This document shows positions 5,959 through 15,120 of a stretch of DNA of 64,000 bases, in pieces. The stretch comes from an uncultured Erysipelotrichaceae bacterium. GTDB lineage: Bacteria; Bacillota_I; Bacilli_A; RF39; UBA660. Made by a program: the position numbers and the translations under genes. The notes beneath the pieces are model-generated. The model worked only from the letters and a program-made list of their open reading frames with translations, did no database searches and had not been told where the DNA came from. How positions within the stretch are numbered: the stretch's first letter is position 1; each line of letters opens with the position of its first letter. Location of the stretch: the NCBI GenBank assembly GCA_902797995.1, contig CADBUX010000002.1, positions 7,031 to 71,030 of the forward strand, given 5' to 3'.

Positions 5959-7513
5959 TGTAGAGAATATAGTAAATCCAAGTGCTGCCCTTTATATTCG
6001 TTTATCTTCAGAAGATAAAGAAAAACAAAACGAAAGTGAAAGTGTAACTAATCAAAGAAGTATACTTTTAAGGTATGCAAAAACTAATAACATAAGAGTA
6101 TACGATATATATATTGATGATGGCTTTACTGGTACTAATTTTGATAGACCTTCTTTTAAAAGAATGATTGATGATATTGAATCCAAAAAAGTAAACATAG
6201 TTATAACTAAAGATATGTCTAGACTAGGCAGGGATTATATTGTAACTGGGGAATTAATGGAAAAATATTTTCCTTCAAAAGGTGTTAGATATATTGCAAT
6301 TAATGATGGAATTGATACATTTATAGATAATGGTATTAATGAAATCACTCCTTTCAAAGCAGTAATAAATGACTATTATGCAAGAGATATTTCAAAAAAA
6401 ATCAGATCAAGCCTTCAAGCAAAAATGAAAGATGGTAAGTTTGTTGGAGGAAGAACTCCATATGGTTATGATAAAGATTCAAAGAATAAAAATCATTTAG
6501 TGGTTAATAAAGAACAAGGGAAAGTGGTTAAAAGAATCTACAATTTAGCGCTTTCTGGTCTTACTGCATATAAAATTGCTAGTTTACTTACTAAAGAGAA
6601 AATAAAAACTCCTGCACAACATTATGATTTTGATTGGAGAGCAAACCATAACTATAAATATGGAATCTGGCATAGTTCTACTGTTAAAGATATACTTACC
6701 AATAGAATCTATACTGGAGATTTAATTCAAAATAAAAGAAGAAAAGTAAATTACAAAGTAAAAAAGATTGTATACAATAATCCTAATGAACACATCATTA
6801 TAGAAAATACACATGAAGCTATAATTGATAAAGAAACATTTAATAAAGTTCAAAAATTAATACCTAAGAATGTGGGTAGAAACGAAAAGAAAGAACATTT
6901 CTTACTTGAAGGACTTCTTTATTGTGGTGACTGTGGACATAGAATTTCTGTTATGCCAAGAAAGAAAAATAACAACCTATGTTATACTGATTGCAATTAT
7001 AATAGAACTTATAGAAAAGAAAAGTTATGCACACCGCATTGTAATAATTATGATAAATTAGAAGCTCAAATATTATCTTCTCTAAAAGAAATTTGTTTAA
7101 AGTATGTAGATAGAAATAAAATATTAAAAGAAGTAAATAATAAAAAGACAAAAAAGAAAGAGAAAACAAAAGATGAAGTACTAATTATTTCAAATAGAAT
7201 AGATAGTATTAATAATAATTTAGATGAAATATATATGGATAAGTTAAATAAAGTAATTGATGAGGATAGGTTTGTTAGAATAAAATCAAAATTAGAAAAA
7301 GAATTAAGTGTAGCACTAGAAGAACAAAAAAGATTACTTGATAATAATAAAAATAAAATAAGTGAGAAAACTGAAGAAGAAAAGATGAATAAATATATAA
7401 ATGAATTTTTAAAATTTGATAATATAGATAGAGATTTAATAGTTAATTTAATTGATAAAATAGAAATTTTTGAAGATAAAAAAATCAACATTAAATTAAC
7501 TTTCGGGAATTAA
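5951..7513 (+). CDS. Large serine recombinase (resolvase catalytic domain + recombinase domain + zinc ribbon + coiled coil)
   Basis: GTG 5951 follows GGAGG. AALYIRLSSEDK with catalytic Ser, then SVTNQR, DDGFTGTNFDRPSFKRM and TKDMSRLGRDY form the resolvase core. LLYCGDCGHR...C...C is the Zn ribbon, and the tail is K/E-rich coiled coil. Confidence 0.9.
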   Translation: MFNVENIVNPSAALYIRLSSEDKEKQNESESVTNQRSILLRYAKTNNIRVYDIYIDDGFTGTNFDRPSFKRMIDDIESKKVNIVITKDMSRLGRDYIVTGELMEKYFPSKGVRYIAINDGIDTFIDNGINEITPFKAVINDYYARDISKKIRSSLQAKMKDGKFVGGRTPYGYDKDSKNKNHLVVNKEQGKVVKRIYNLALSGLTAYKIASLLTKEKIKTPAQHYDFDWRANHNYKYGIWHSSTVKDILTNRIYTGDLIQNKRRKVNYKVKKIVYNNPNEHIIIENTHEAIIDKETFNKVQKLIPKNVGRNEKKEHFLLEGLLYCGDCGHRISVMPRKKNNNLCYTDCNYNRTYRKEKLCTPHCNNYDKLEAQILSSLKEICLKYVDRNKILKEVNNKKTKKKEKTKDEVLIISNRIDSINNNLDEIYMDKLNKVIDEDRFVRIKSKLEKELSVALEEQKRLLDNNKNKISEKTEEEKMNKYINEFLKFDNIDRDLIVNLIDKIEIFEDKKINIKLTFGN

Positions 7514-7674
7514 AATACTACATAATACGGCATAGCCATATTTGTCCAATAAGAACAAAAATAGTTAATCATCATATTTATAAACATACATATAGACCAG
7601 CATATTCTTGTTGTGAAGAAAATGTTTGTTCAGAAATTCAATGCGGTTCATGCTGCAATTTTAATTAATGGTTT

Positions 7675-7700
7675 AAAAACTGTCATACGACAGTTTTTTT
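7675..7700 (+). terminator. Rho-independent terminator
   Basis: AAAACTGTC-ATAC-GACAGTTTT followed by a T-run. Confidence 0.75.
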
Positions 7701-7723
7701 GTTATAATAAAATAGGTGATAAA

Positions 7724-8107
7724 ATGAAAGCATTAACAATTAAGGAGCCATGGGCTTCATTAATAGTCGAAGGATATAAAAAATATGAATTTAGAAGTTG
7801 GAAAACTAATTACAGAGGTAAAATATTAATTCATGCAGGGAAAAGTATCGAAAAAGATACATTAAAAAGATTTGAAAGTTATAGTTTAAACATATTACCA
7901 GGATACATAATCGGAGAGGCAGAGCTTACTGATTGCATATTAGTAGATAAACAGTTTAACGAACAACTAAGAAATATCGACTCTATAGTTTATGGAAAAA
8001 GTAATCACACAGAAACTTATGCCTGGAAACTGGAGAACATTATTAAATATGATAAGCCAATACCTGTAAAAGGAAAGTTAGGATTATGGAATTATAAAAA
8101 TAAGTAA
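7724..8107 (+). CDS. ASCH (PUA-like) domain protein
   Basis: ATG 7724 follows AGGTGA. MKALTIKEPWASLIVEGYKKYEFRSW...ILIHAGK is the canonical ASCH N-terminus. The track's upstream extension (7613) runs through a terminator, so I rejected it. Confidence 0.7.
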   Translation: MKALTIKEPWASLIVEGYKKYEFRSWKTNYRGKILIHAGKSIEKDTLKRFESYSLNILPGYIIGEAELTDCILVDKQFNEQLRNIDSIVYGKSNHTETYAWKLENIIKYDKPIPVKGKLGLWNYKNK

Positions 8108-8197
8108 AAAAAACATAAAAATGGTAATTTTTGGTAATTGCCATTTTTATATTGAAAAAAGTATCTAATATTATACAATGTACTAAGGAGGTAAAAA

Positions 8198-8434
8198 ATG
8201 GAAACAGAAAAGATTTTAGCAGAACTTGAATACAAGTTCATATGCGATTTTATAAGAATAAGAAAAGATAATAATTTAACTCAACAAGCATTGGCGGACC
8301 TTTCAGGAGTAGTAAGAGAAAAAATTACAAAAATAGAAAACGGATTAAACTCACCACAACTAAACTCCTTAATAAAAGTTTTAGAACCTATTGGTTACAC
8401 TATCAAAATAGTACCAATAACAAAAGAGGATTAA
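8198..8434 (+). CDS. XRE-family HTH transcriptional regulator
   Basis: SD AAGGAGG. IRIRKDNNLTQQALADLSGVVREKITKIENG is the Cro/C1-type HTH signature. Confidence 0.8.
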   Translation: METEKILAELEYKFICDFIRIRKDNNLTQQALADLSGVVREKITKIENGLNSPQLNSLIKVLEPIGYTIKIVPITKED

Positions 8435-8435
8435 T

Positions 8436-8948
8436 ATGGCATATATAAAATGTGGTGTTGTTACCAAAATAAATATTGAGAAAAACAAAAAGCAAGCAAT
8501 TGATTATTTAAATAAATCCTTTAACTTAGAATTATATAAAAAAAATAAAAATAGCTATTATTTAAATAGCGATATTTTATCATCAAATATTAAAGATTTT
8601 AGAAATGAGTTCCTAGAGTTTAGTAGTTTCTATGGTGATAGTCTAGATGATTGTGAAGCCTACTGTTTGGAAACTTCTATAGATAAATTAATTAAGAAAA
8701 AAATATACTTATGTAATGATAATGAAAAATACTATTTCTCTAATTATGAAAATCATAAGTTCGATACCGATGAAGTTATTGTCACAACTAGTAATTTTTC
8801 TATAAAAATATTTATGATTCCTATTTTTTGGGACATATATAGAGTAATAGTAGAAAACTTTGAAATGGTTAGCGAACTTATTAACAATTTGATACATAAA
8901 TGTATTAAGAATCCTTTAAAGGATGCAAGCTTTTTCACGGTTGTATAA
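8436..8948 (+). CDS. Hypothetical protein (170 aa), translationally coupled to the XRE gene
   Basis: ATG is 1 nt after the XRE stop. No motif recognised. Confidence 0.5.
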   Translation: MAYIKCGVVTKINIEKNKKQAIDYLNKSFNLELYKKNKNSYYLNSDILSSNIKDFRNEFLEFSSFYGDSLDDCEAYCLETSIDKLIKKKIYLCNDNEKYYFSNYENHKFDTDEVIVTTSNFSIKIFMIPIFWDIYRVIVENFEMVSELINNLIHKCIKNPLKDASFFTVV

Positions 8949-8991
8949 CATTTTATATAAAATAGTGATATAATGGTAAAGAGGTGTTGTT

Positions 8992-10275
8992 ATGAAAAGA
9001 GCATTAGTCTTATCTGGCGGAGGTGCTAAAGGATCGTATGAACTTGGAGTTTATAAAGCACTAAGACGCCTTAATATAAAGATTGATATTATTACTGGAA
9101 CTTCTATTGGAGCTTTAAATGGTGCCCTTTTGGTTACCGGAGACTATTTAAAAGCTAAAAAGTTTTGGCTAAAAATGTCCGCTAAAGATGTTTTTGATTA
9201 CGACTTTAAAAGTAAAAAAGAGTATCCAAAAGTTGCTAAAGATATTATAAAAAACAAAGGATTAAAATTTGATAAAGCAGAAGAATTTTTAACAGGTATT
9301 ATAAATGAAGAAAAAATAAGAAAATCAAAAATTGATTATGGTTTAGTAACAGTTAATCTAAAAAACAGGGTTCCTAAAACGTTATCAAAAAATCAAATTC
9401 CAAAAGGTAAACTTGCAGCTTATACAATTGCATCAGCAACCTGTTTTCCACTTGTTGAAGTAAAAGAAATAGATGGTGAATACTACGTTGATGGTGGCTA
9501 TTATGATAATTTGCCTATTAATTTAGCAATAGATATGGGAGCAGATGAAATTATAGCAGTTGACTTATCTGCCATTGGAATAAAACAAAAAGTAAAGGAT
9601 AATGAAGTAAAAATCGATTATATAAAACACAGTTCAAAAGATTTTATATTAGATTTTAATCCAGATACCGCAAGAAGAAATATCCGTTTAGGATACAACG
9701 ACACTATGAAACATTATGGTAAGTTAGACGGTGAAAATTATACATTTAAAAAAGGAAATTTAAAAAAGAATTATAACAACTTAAGCGATTATTACATACA
9801 ATTATTAAAGAAAGTATTAATCTCTGATGATAAAAAAGTAAAAATAACAGAAATTTTAAAAAATAAAAGATATCAAAACATATTTCTAAATATAAAACAA
9901 GGCAAAAGTCTTGAAAAAGAAGTTAATTCTTCGCTTGAATATTTAGGAAAACTATTTGATATACAAGATGATTATATATATAATATTGAAAGTTTTAATA
10001 GAAAATTAATAAAAGAAGCAAAAAGTTTGAATTATCTTACTATTGATAAAAACTTAAAGGGCAAAATGTTAATTGGATATATATATAATAAATTTATGAA
10101 TAGTGATAACAAAGAAGAAGTATATAAAAAACTATTTAATATAGCTTTAATATTTCAAAAAGATTTCTTAGCAGCTTTATATTTAATAGCAATTTCTAAA
10201 AGATATCCGATAACACTTAAAAGTGATAAATTCTTTGAAGAAATTTTAAATAGTTTAAAAAGCAGTGTCAAATAA
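8992..10275 (+). CDS. Patatin-like phospholipase
   Basis: It has its own -10 (TGATATAAT) and SD. The motifs are the glycine-rich oxyanion loop LSGGGAKGSYELGV, the nucleophile elbow GTSIGA and the catalytic Asp motif YVDGGYYDNLP. Confidence 0.85.
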   Translation: MKRALVLSGGGAKGSYELGVYKALRRLNIKIDIITGTSIGALNGALLVTGDYLKAKKFWLKMSAKDVFDYDFKSKKEYPKVAKDIIKNKGLKFDKAEEFLTGIINEEKIRKSKIDYGLVTVNLKNRVPKTLSKNQIPKGKLAAYTIASATCFPLVEVKEIDGEYYVDGGYYDNLPINLAIDMGADEIIAVDLSAIGIKQKVKDNEVKIDYIKHSSKDFILDFNPDTARRNIRLGYNDTMKHYGKLDGENYTFKKGNLKKNYNNLSDYYIQLLKKVLISDDKKVKITEILKNKRYQNIFLNIKQGKSLEKEVNSSLEYLGKLFDIQDDYIYNIESFNRKLIKEAKSLNYLTIDKNLKGKMLIGYIYNKFMNSDNKEEVYKKLFNIALIFQKDFLAALYLIAISKRYPITLKSDKFFEEILNSLKSSVK

Positions 10276-10347
10276 TGTCTAATTTTGCCGCTTTTCTTGT
10301 AAAGTTAATTGTTATGTTATATCCTTAATATAGGGAGTGTGATACAT

Positions 10348-10542
10348 ATGATATATCCATCAATAGATAAATTGCTTTTACATGTTGATTCTAAATACCG
10401 TTTAGTACATGTTGTAGCAGAAAGAAGCAATGAGATTCAGGAAAAAGAAAATTTGCAAATGCCAAAGAACGATTACGTATCAACAAAAAATATTGGCAGA
10501 GCATTGGAAGAAGTAGAAAAGGACCTAATTAAAATTAAATAG
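10348..10542 (+). CDS. rpoZ: DNA-directed RNA polymerase subunit omega
   Basis: ATG 10348 follows GGGAG. MIYPSIDKLL....SKYRLVHVVAERSNEI is the RpoZ N-terminal signature. Confidence 0.8.
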   Translation: MIYPSIDKLLLHVDSKYRLVHVVAERSNEIQEKENLQMPKNDYVSTKNIGRALEEVEKDLIKIK

Positions 10543-10570
10543 ATTAGTTCCTTTTATTTAAGGAGTTAAT

Positions 10571-11302
10571 ATGAAAATAGAAAAGTATAAGTATTTAGGC
10601 AATGGTAAATATAAAATTAGTATTGATAATAGTGAACATATTATTTATGAAGACATAATATTAAAGTATTCTATTTTAGGTAAAGAGTCTATAACTCAAA
10701 AAGAATTAGATACCTATATAAAAGATAATGAATTTTATGAAGCATACTATAAATCAGTCTCCTATATAAAAACGAGATTACGTTCAGAAAAAGAAATTAG
10801 AAAACATTTAAGCAAGGACTATTCAAATAAAACAATTGAAAGCGTTATAGAAAGACTTATCAAAGAAGGATATATAGATGAAAACATATATACTGATGCA
10901 TATATAACAGATCAAATTAATCTCAAAATAAACGGACCAATAAAAATAGAAAATGATCTTATCAAACTAGGAATTAGTAAAGATATAATTGAAAAACATT
11001 TAATAAATTTTACAAAAGATGAACAATATAAAAAAATAAAAAAAGTTATTGAAAAAGAAATAAAACTTAATAAAAATAAGTCAGAAGTTATGCTAAAAAA
11101 CAAAATTCTAAAAGCATTAATTGATAAAGGCTTTTATAAAGAAGATATTTTAAATTGTATCGAAGATTTTAGTTTTGATGATAGCAAAATATATGAAATA
11201 GAATATAGAAAAGCATATGATAAATTATCTAAAAAATACAGTGGAAAAGAATTAGAGTACAAAGTAAAAGAAAAAATGTATCAAAAAGGTTTTAAATCAT
11301 AA
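10571..11302 (+). CDS. recX: RecX-family regulatory protein
   Basis: Repeated three-helix modules (SEKEIRKHLSK......IESVIERLIKEGYIDENIYTDAYI) are typical of RecX. Confidence 0.65.
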   Translation: MKIEKYKYLGNGKYKISIDNSEHIIYEDIILKYSILGKESITQKELDTYIKDNEFYEAYYKSVSYIKTRLRSEKEIRKHLSKDYSNKTIESVIERLIKEGYIDENIYTDAYITDQINLKINGPIKIENDLIKLGISKDIIEKHLINFTKDEQYKKIKKVIEKEIKLNKNKSEVMLKNKILKALIDKGFYKEDILNCIEDFSFDDSKIYEIEYRKAYDKLSKKYSGKELEYKVKEKMYQKGFKS

Positions 11303-11325
11303 AAAAAGATCTTTAAGATCTTTTT

Positions 11326-12324
11326 TTAGTTTGAACTACTTTTTGAAGAAGCTTGATTTTTTTGTTTTTGTACATAGTCATAATATGCTTTCTTTAAATC
11401 ATCATCTTCAAATTTTAAACCAGCATCTTTTCTCATTTGTTCAAGTTTTTGATAGTATAAAGTTGCATCTTTATTAAGTTTTTCTTTTACAAGTTTTTCT
11501 ACTACAGTCTTCTTTACATCTTTTAATTTTGGTTTAGATTTTTCATCCAGTTTGTAAATAACATGATAACCATAAGTTGTTTTAACAGGACTTGTAGTAT
11601 ATTTACCTTTTTCTAGTTTGAATGCCGCAGCATCAAACTCTTCAACCATGTCACCAGTAGATACCCATCCTAAATCTCCACCTTTTTTGGCAGTTGCAGT
11701 ATCGTCAGAATACTTTTCAGCAAGTTTATCGAAATCTTCGCCATCCTTTAGCTTTTTAATAATATCTTCTGCCTCTTTTTTTGCATCATTTTCAGCTTTA
11801 GTTTTATCTTCACTAGTCATATCATTAGTGGTATCTGGAGAAATTAAAATATGTTTAACTTTGATATCACCATAAACTTCTTTATCATAATAATCATTGA
11901 TTTCTTTATCTTTTAAATCTTTCTCAACAAGTTCATTAACAACTTTTTCTCTTCTATGAGTTAGTCTTAGATAATCTTTAAGTTGAGCCTCATTTTCAAA
12001 ACCATAATATGATAACAAATCAGAATAAGAAGCATTATTTTCTTTAGCAGATTTTTTAATGTCTTCTACTTGAGATTTGACATATTCTTTTTCATCATCA
12101 GTTTCTTTATACTTGTTATTTAAAATTTCAGTATCAAGTAAATCTATAAATACTTGAGCACCATATTTGCCCTTTAAAGTATTATATAAACTATCTGCAG
12201 AAATTCCTCCTTTATCTAAAGATGCTACTTTTTGCTCGCCATTTTTTAAAGTAGGTACAGCGCCACATCCTACAACTATCATCATTAATAATGAAAGTAT
12301 AACTATTTTTTTTGCGTTTTTCAT
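11326..12324 (-). CDS. prsA: Foldase lipoprotein PrsA (parvulin-type peptidyl-prolyl isomerase)
   Basis: Lipobox LLMMIVVGCG; parvulin core VKHILI...GGDLGW...F..AAF.L..G....PVKT.YGYHVI. Confidence 0.85.
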   Translation of the reverse strand: MKNAKKIVILSLLMMIVVGCGAVPTLKNGEQKVASLDKGGISADSLYNTLKGKYGAQVFIDLLDTEILNNKYKETDDEKEYVKSQVEDIKKSAKENNASYSDLLSYYGFENEAQLKDYLRLTHRREKVVNELVEKDLKDKEINDYYDKEVYGDIKVKHILISPDTTNDMTSEDKTKAENDAKKEAEDIIKKLKDGEDFDKLAEKYSDDTATAKKGGDLGWVSTGDMVEEFDAAAFKLEKGKYTTSPVKTTYGYHVIYKLDEKSKPKLKDVKKTVVEKLVKEKLNKDATLYYQKLEQMRKDAGLKFEDDDLKKAYYDYVQKQKNQASSKSSSN

Positions 12325-12459
12325 ATTTTCCTCCTTAAAAGTTACACAATTATCATAACAAAATTATTAAAACTTGACAATAAAATAGGTTTAAATAATC
12401 ACAAAATTCATCATTATTCCATAAAATAATCTAGAACAAGAAAAAAAGGAGGAATAAAT

Positions 12460-12537
12460 ATGAATTATGTTTCATCATCTGCAATTGTTTTAGTTTTATT
12501 TATCTTACTAATAATTATACTTGGTGCTTGGTGCTAA
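12460..12537 (+). CDS. YjcZ-like tiny transmembrane (sporulation-type) peptide, 25 aa
   Basis: SD AAAGGAGGA then ATG; MNYVSSSAIVLVLFILLIIILGAWC resembles the FALIVVLFILLIIVG core of the YjcZ / tiny_TM_bacill family. Confidence 0.55.
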   Translation: MNYVSSSAIVLVLFILLIIILGAWC

Positions 12538-12554
12538 GGGAGGTGTAAAGATTT

Positions 12555-12692
12555 ATGAATAACAATAATAATTGCTCAGAAGGGCAAAGACCACAACATC
12601 ATTGCAACCAATCTTCTGGTTCTGGACTTTTAATGGGAATAGTAGTATACATACTATTAGTTATTATTTTAAGTTCATACAGAGGATTCTAA
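12555..12692 (+). CDS. Second tiny transmembrane peptide, 45 aa (paralogue-like)
   Basis: SD GGGAGGTG then ATG; a polar N/Q/H/C-rich head is followed by GLLMGIVVYILLVIILSSYRGF. A terminator hairpin lies at 12691-12725. Confidence 0.5.
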   Translation: MNNNNNCSEGQRPQHHCNQSSGSGLLMGIVVYILLVIILSSYRGF

Positions 12693-12772
12693 AAAAGAAA
12701 AAGGAAATCCTTTTTCTTTTTTGTCTTTTTTTTAAATATATGATAATATAAGTTGGTAAAAAGAGGTGTAAT

Positions 12773-13252
12773 ATGCAAACAAAAACAATTAAGGATGAAA
12801 TAGATTTTAACAATGTATACTTTGGATTTGAGATAGGGCAAAATTATGACTATAAAAATGGAGACTATTACACATTTGCAGACATAGTCATTCTAGAAAA
12901 AACAAGCTATACGAAAGAACAAGATAACGATATCACTAATATATATGTAGATCTTTTAACAAATAAATTATACTGTTTAAATAGTAAAAATAAAGTATTA
13001 AATAATTATAATTCTAATATTATTAATAATTACATTGAAGATATAATTAGTGTCACTGATTTGTTTGAGGAATACAAAAGCATTAACAACTCCACTTATA
13101 ATGACCTAATTAATAAATTCGAAGGAAACAGTATAATATCTAGAAAGTTATTTTTTGAAAACATAAACAAAATAATTGACATTAAAGATTATGTGGACAA
13201 ATATAAAGAAGAAAAAACAAGCAGTAAAGTAAAGGTAAAAACAATGAATTAA
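12773..13252 (+). CDS. Hypothetical protein (159 aa)
   Basis: It has an SD (AGAGGTG) and a downstream terminator hairpin. No motif recognised. Confidence 0.5.
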   Translation: MQTKTIKDEIDFNNVYFGFEIGQNYDYKNGDYYTFADIVILEKTSYTKEQDNDITNIYVDLLTNKLYCLNSKNKVLNNYNSNIINNYIEDIISVTDLFEEYKSINNSTYNDLINKFEGNSIISRKLFFENINKIIDIKDYVDKYKEEKTSSKVKVKTMN

Positions 13253-13362
13253 AAAGCTTAAGTTATACTTAGGCTTTTGTTATGCAAATATATATAAATT
13301 TGTTGACTATTTTTAGGACTATATCATATAATGTTAAAGACGTTATAAAAAATGGAGGTAGT

Positions 13363-15120
13363 ATGTTAAAATTAGTTAAAAAATTAACCAAGAAACAAAT
13401 AATATTAATTCTAATAAGTGTTATTTTTGTTACCTCTCAAGTTTGGCTTGATTTAAAAATACCAGATTATATGAATGAGATAACAAAATTAATTCCACAA
13501 AAAGGTACTACTATTAAAGATATACTAAAACCGGGAAGTACTATGGTTTTCTGTGCTTTTGGAAGCCTTTTATCATCAATAATCGTAGGATATTTTGCAG
13601 CCTACATCGCAGCATCTTTTGCGTATAATTTAAGAAAAGATGTTTTTAGAACAGTAGGGAAATTTGGGATGGAAGAAATTAAAAACTTTTCAACAAGTAG
13701 TTTAATTACTAGAACCACTAACGATATAACTCAAGTAGGAACATTAATTTCTATGGGACTTCAAGTTATAATAAAAGCCCCAATTATGGCGATCTGGGCA
13801 ATTACTAAGATTGCAGGTAAAAGTTATGAATGGAGTATAGCAACTACAGTAGCAATACTAGTTCTAATAATACTTATTCTAGTAATAGTACTAATTGCTT
13901 TACCTAAATTTAAAAAGATACAGTGGCTAACTGATAACTTAAATAGAATAACTCGTGAAAATTTAACGGGCATTCGTGTAGTACGTGCTTATAATGCCGA
14001 AAACTATCAGATGAAAAGATTTGAAGAAGCAAACGAAGAACTTACTAGTACACATCTATTTACCTCTAGAATTATGGCGATAATGAATCCAGTAATGACC
14101 ATAATTATGTCGGGATTATCACTATCCATATATTTTATTGGAGCTTATTTAATTAATGAAGCAAATATGATGGATAAAATAAATTTATTTAGTGACATGG
14201 TAGTGTTTTCAGCATATGCTATGCAAGTAGTAATGGCTTTCATGATGCTAAGTATGATTTTTATCATCTATCCACGTGCAAGTGTATCTGCTAAAAGAAT
14301 AAATGAGGTGTTAGAAACAGAAACATCTATTAAAGAGGGACCCAAAGAAAAGACAGAAGAAACTGGTACAATTGAATTTAAAAATGTATCATTCAAGTAT
14401 CCAGATGCTGAAAATTATGTTTTAAAGGATATAAGCTTCAAAGCAAAAAAAGGACAGACTATAGCCTTTATAGGAAGAACCGGAAGCGGAAAAAGTACTG
14501 TAATTAATCTAATACCCAGATTATATGATGCAACCGAAGGTGAAGTTTTAGTAGATAACTTAAATGTAAAAGAATATAAAGAACAAAGTCTTAATGATAA
14601 AATTGGATACATATCTCAAAAAGCAATCATGTTTAAAGGAACTATAAAAGAAAACGTTGCTTTTGGTAAGAAAAACAATAAAAAAGTATCAAAAGAAAAA
14701 GTAAAAAAAGCAATTGAAATAGCGCAAGGAAAAGACTTCGTAGAAAAACTACCAAATTCGTACAACTATTCTTTAGCAGAATCTGGCACTAATATAAGTG
14801 GGGGACAAAAACAAAGGCTATCTATAGCTAGAGCCATAGCAAGAGACCCTGAAATATATATATTTGATGATTCATTTAGTGCTCTTGACTATAAAACAGA
14901 TTTTATGCTAAGAAAAAACTTGAAAAAGTATACAAAGGATGCAACAGTAGTAATAGTAGCGCAGCGTATAGGCACAATTAAAGATGCAGATCAAATATTT
15001 GTAATCGAAGATGGAGAACTTGTAGGCTCTGGTACTCATAAAGAGTTAATAAAAAAATGTGATATATATAAAGAAATAGCCCTTTCACAATTAGGAAAGG
15101 AGGAAATAGAAAATGCATAA
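13363..15120 (+). CDS. ABC transporter permease/ATP-binding protein (type I exporter half-transporter)
   Basis: ATG 13363 follows GGAGG; the track's 13282 start spans the promoter. A six-TM region is followed by Walker A GRTGSGKST, signature ISGGQKQR and Walker B IYIFDD. Confidence 0.9.
   Translation: MLKLVKKLTKKQIILILISVIFVTSQVWLDLKIPDYMNEITKLIPQKGTTIKDILKPGSTMVFCAFGSLLSSIIVGYFAAYIAASFAYNLRKDVFRTVGKFGMEEIKNFSTSSLITRTTNDITQVGTLISMGLQVIIKAPIMAIWAITKIAGKSYEWSIATTVAILVLIILILVIVLIALPKFKKIQWLTDNLNRITRENLTGIRVVRAYNAENYQMKRFEEANEELTSTHLFTSRIMAIMNPVMTIIMSGLSLSIYFIGAYLINEANMMDKINLFSDMVVFSAYAMQVVMAFMMLSMIFIIYPRASVSAKRINEVLETETSIKEGPKEKTEETGTIEFKNVSFKYPDAENYVLKDISFKAKKGQTIAFIGRTGSGKSTVINLIPRLYDATEGEVLVDNLNVKEYKEQSLNDKIGYISQKAIMFKGTIKENVAFGKKNNKKVSKEKVKKAIEIAQGKDFVEKLPNSYNYSLAESGTNISGGQKQRLSIARAIARDPEIYIFDDSFSALDYKTDFMLRKNLKKYTKDATVVIVAQRIGTIKDADQIFVIEDGELVGSGTHKELIKKCDIYKEIALSQLGKEEIENA

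Larger units (their letters stand above)
1..7612. mobile_element. Right-hand portion of a serine-recombinase integrative element / genomic island (R-M, WYL module, replication module, recombinase); left end outside window
   Basis: Gene content is R-M cargo, a phage/plasmid replication module with iterons, and a terminal large serine recombinase. The right junction is inferred between 7514 and about 7612. No att repeat could be identified because the other end is not in the window. Confidence 0.5.

Noticed and set aside
6870-7491. ORFs 6870-7061(+), 6951-7169(-) and 7066-7491(-) inside the recombinase gene
   Set aside because: These are low-complexity translations of the A/T-rich coiled-coil-coding region in alternative frames or on the other strand. 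The serine recombinase frame has clear domain motifs.
8122-8138. Identical 17-mer TGGTAATTTTTGGTAAT at 8122-8138 and 24147-24163
   Set aside because: The repeat is real, but one copy forms the ASCH-gene terminator stem and the other lies in an AT-rich spacer. TGGTAAT is also a -10-like string that is common here, including in the iterons. This is too little context to call a repeat family or binding site; a genome-wide count would settle it.
11618-12358. Plus-strand ORFs 11618-11875 and 12167-12358 antisense to prsA
   Set aside because: They have no SD and give serine/low-complexity translations. prsA on the minus strand has a lipobox and a parvulin domain.
13282-13362. N-terminal extensions of several track ORFs (13282, 7613, 33542, 22160, 48295, 53349, 40653, 486 and similar)
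   Set aside because: In each case the extension crosses a promoter, terminator or the SD itself. A downstream ATG/GTG with a good SD gives the canonical protein N-terminus, so I moved the starts accordingly.
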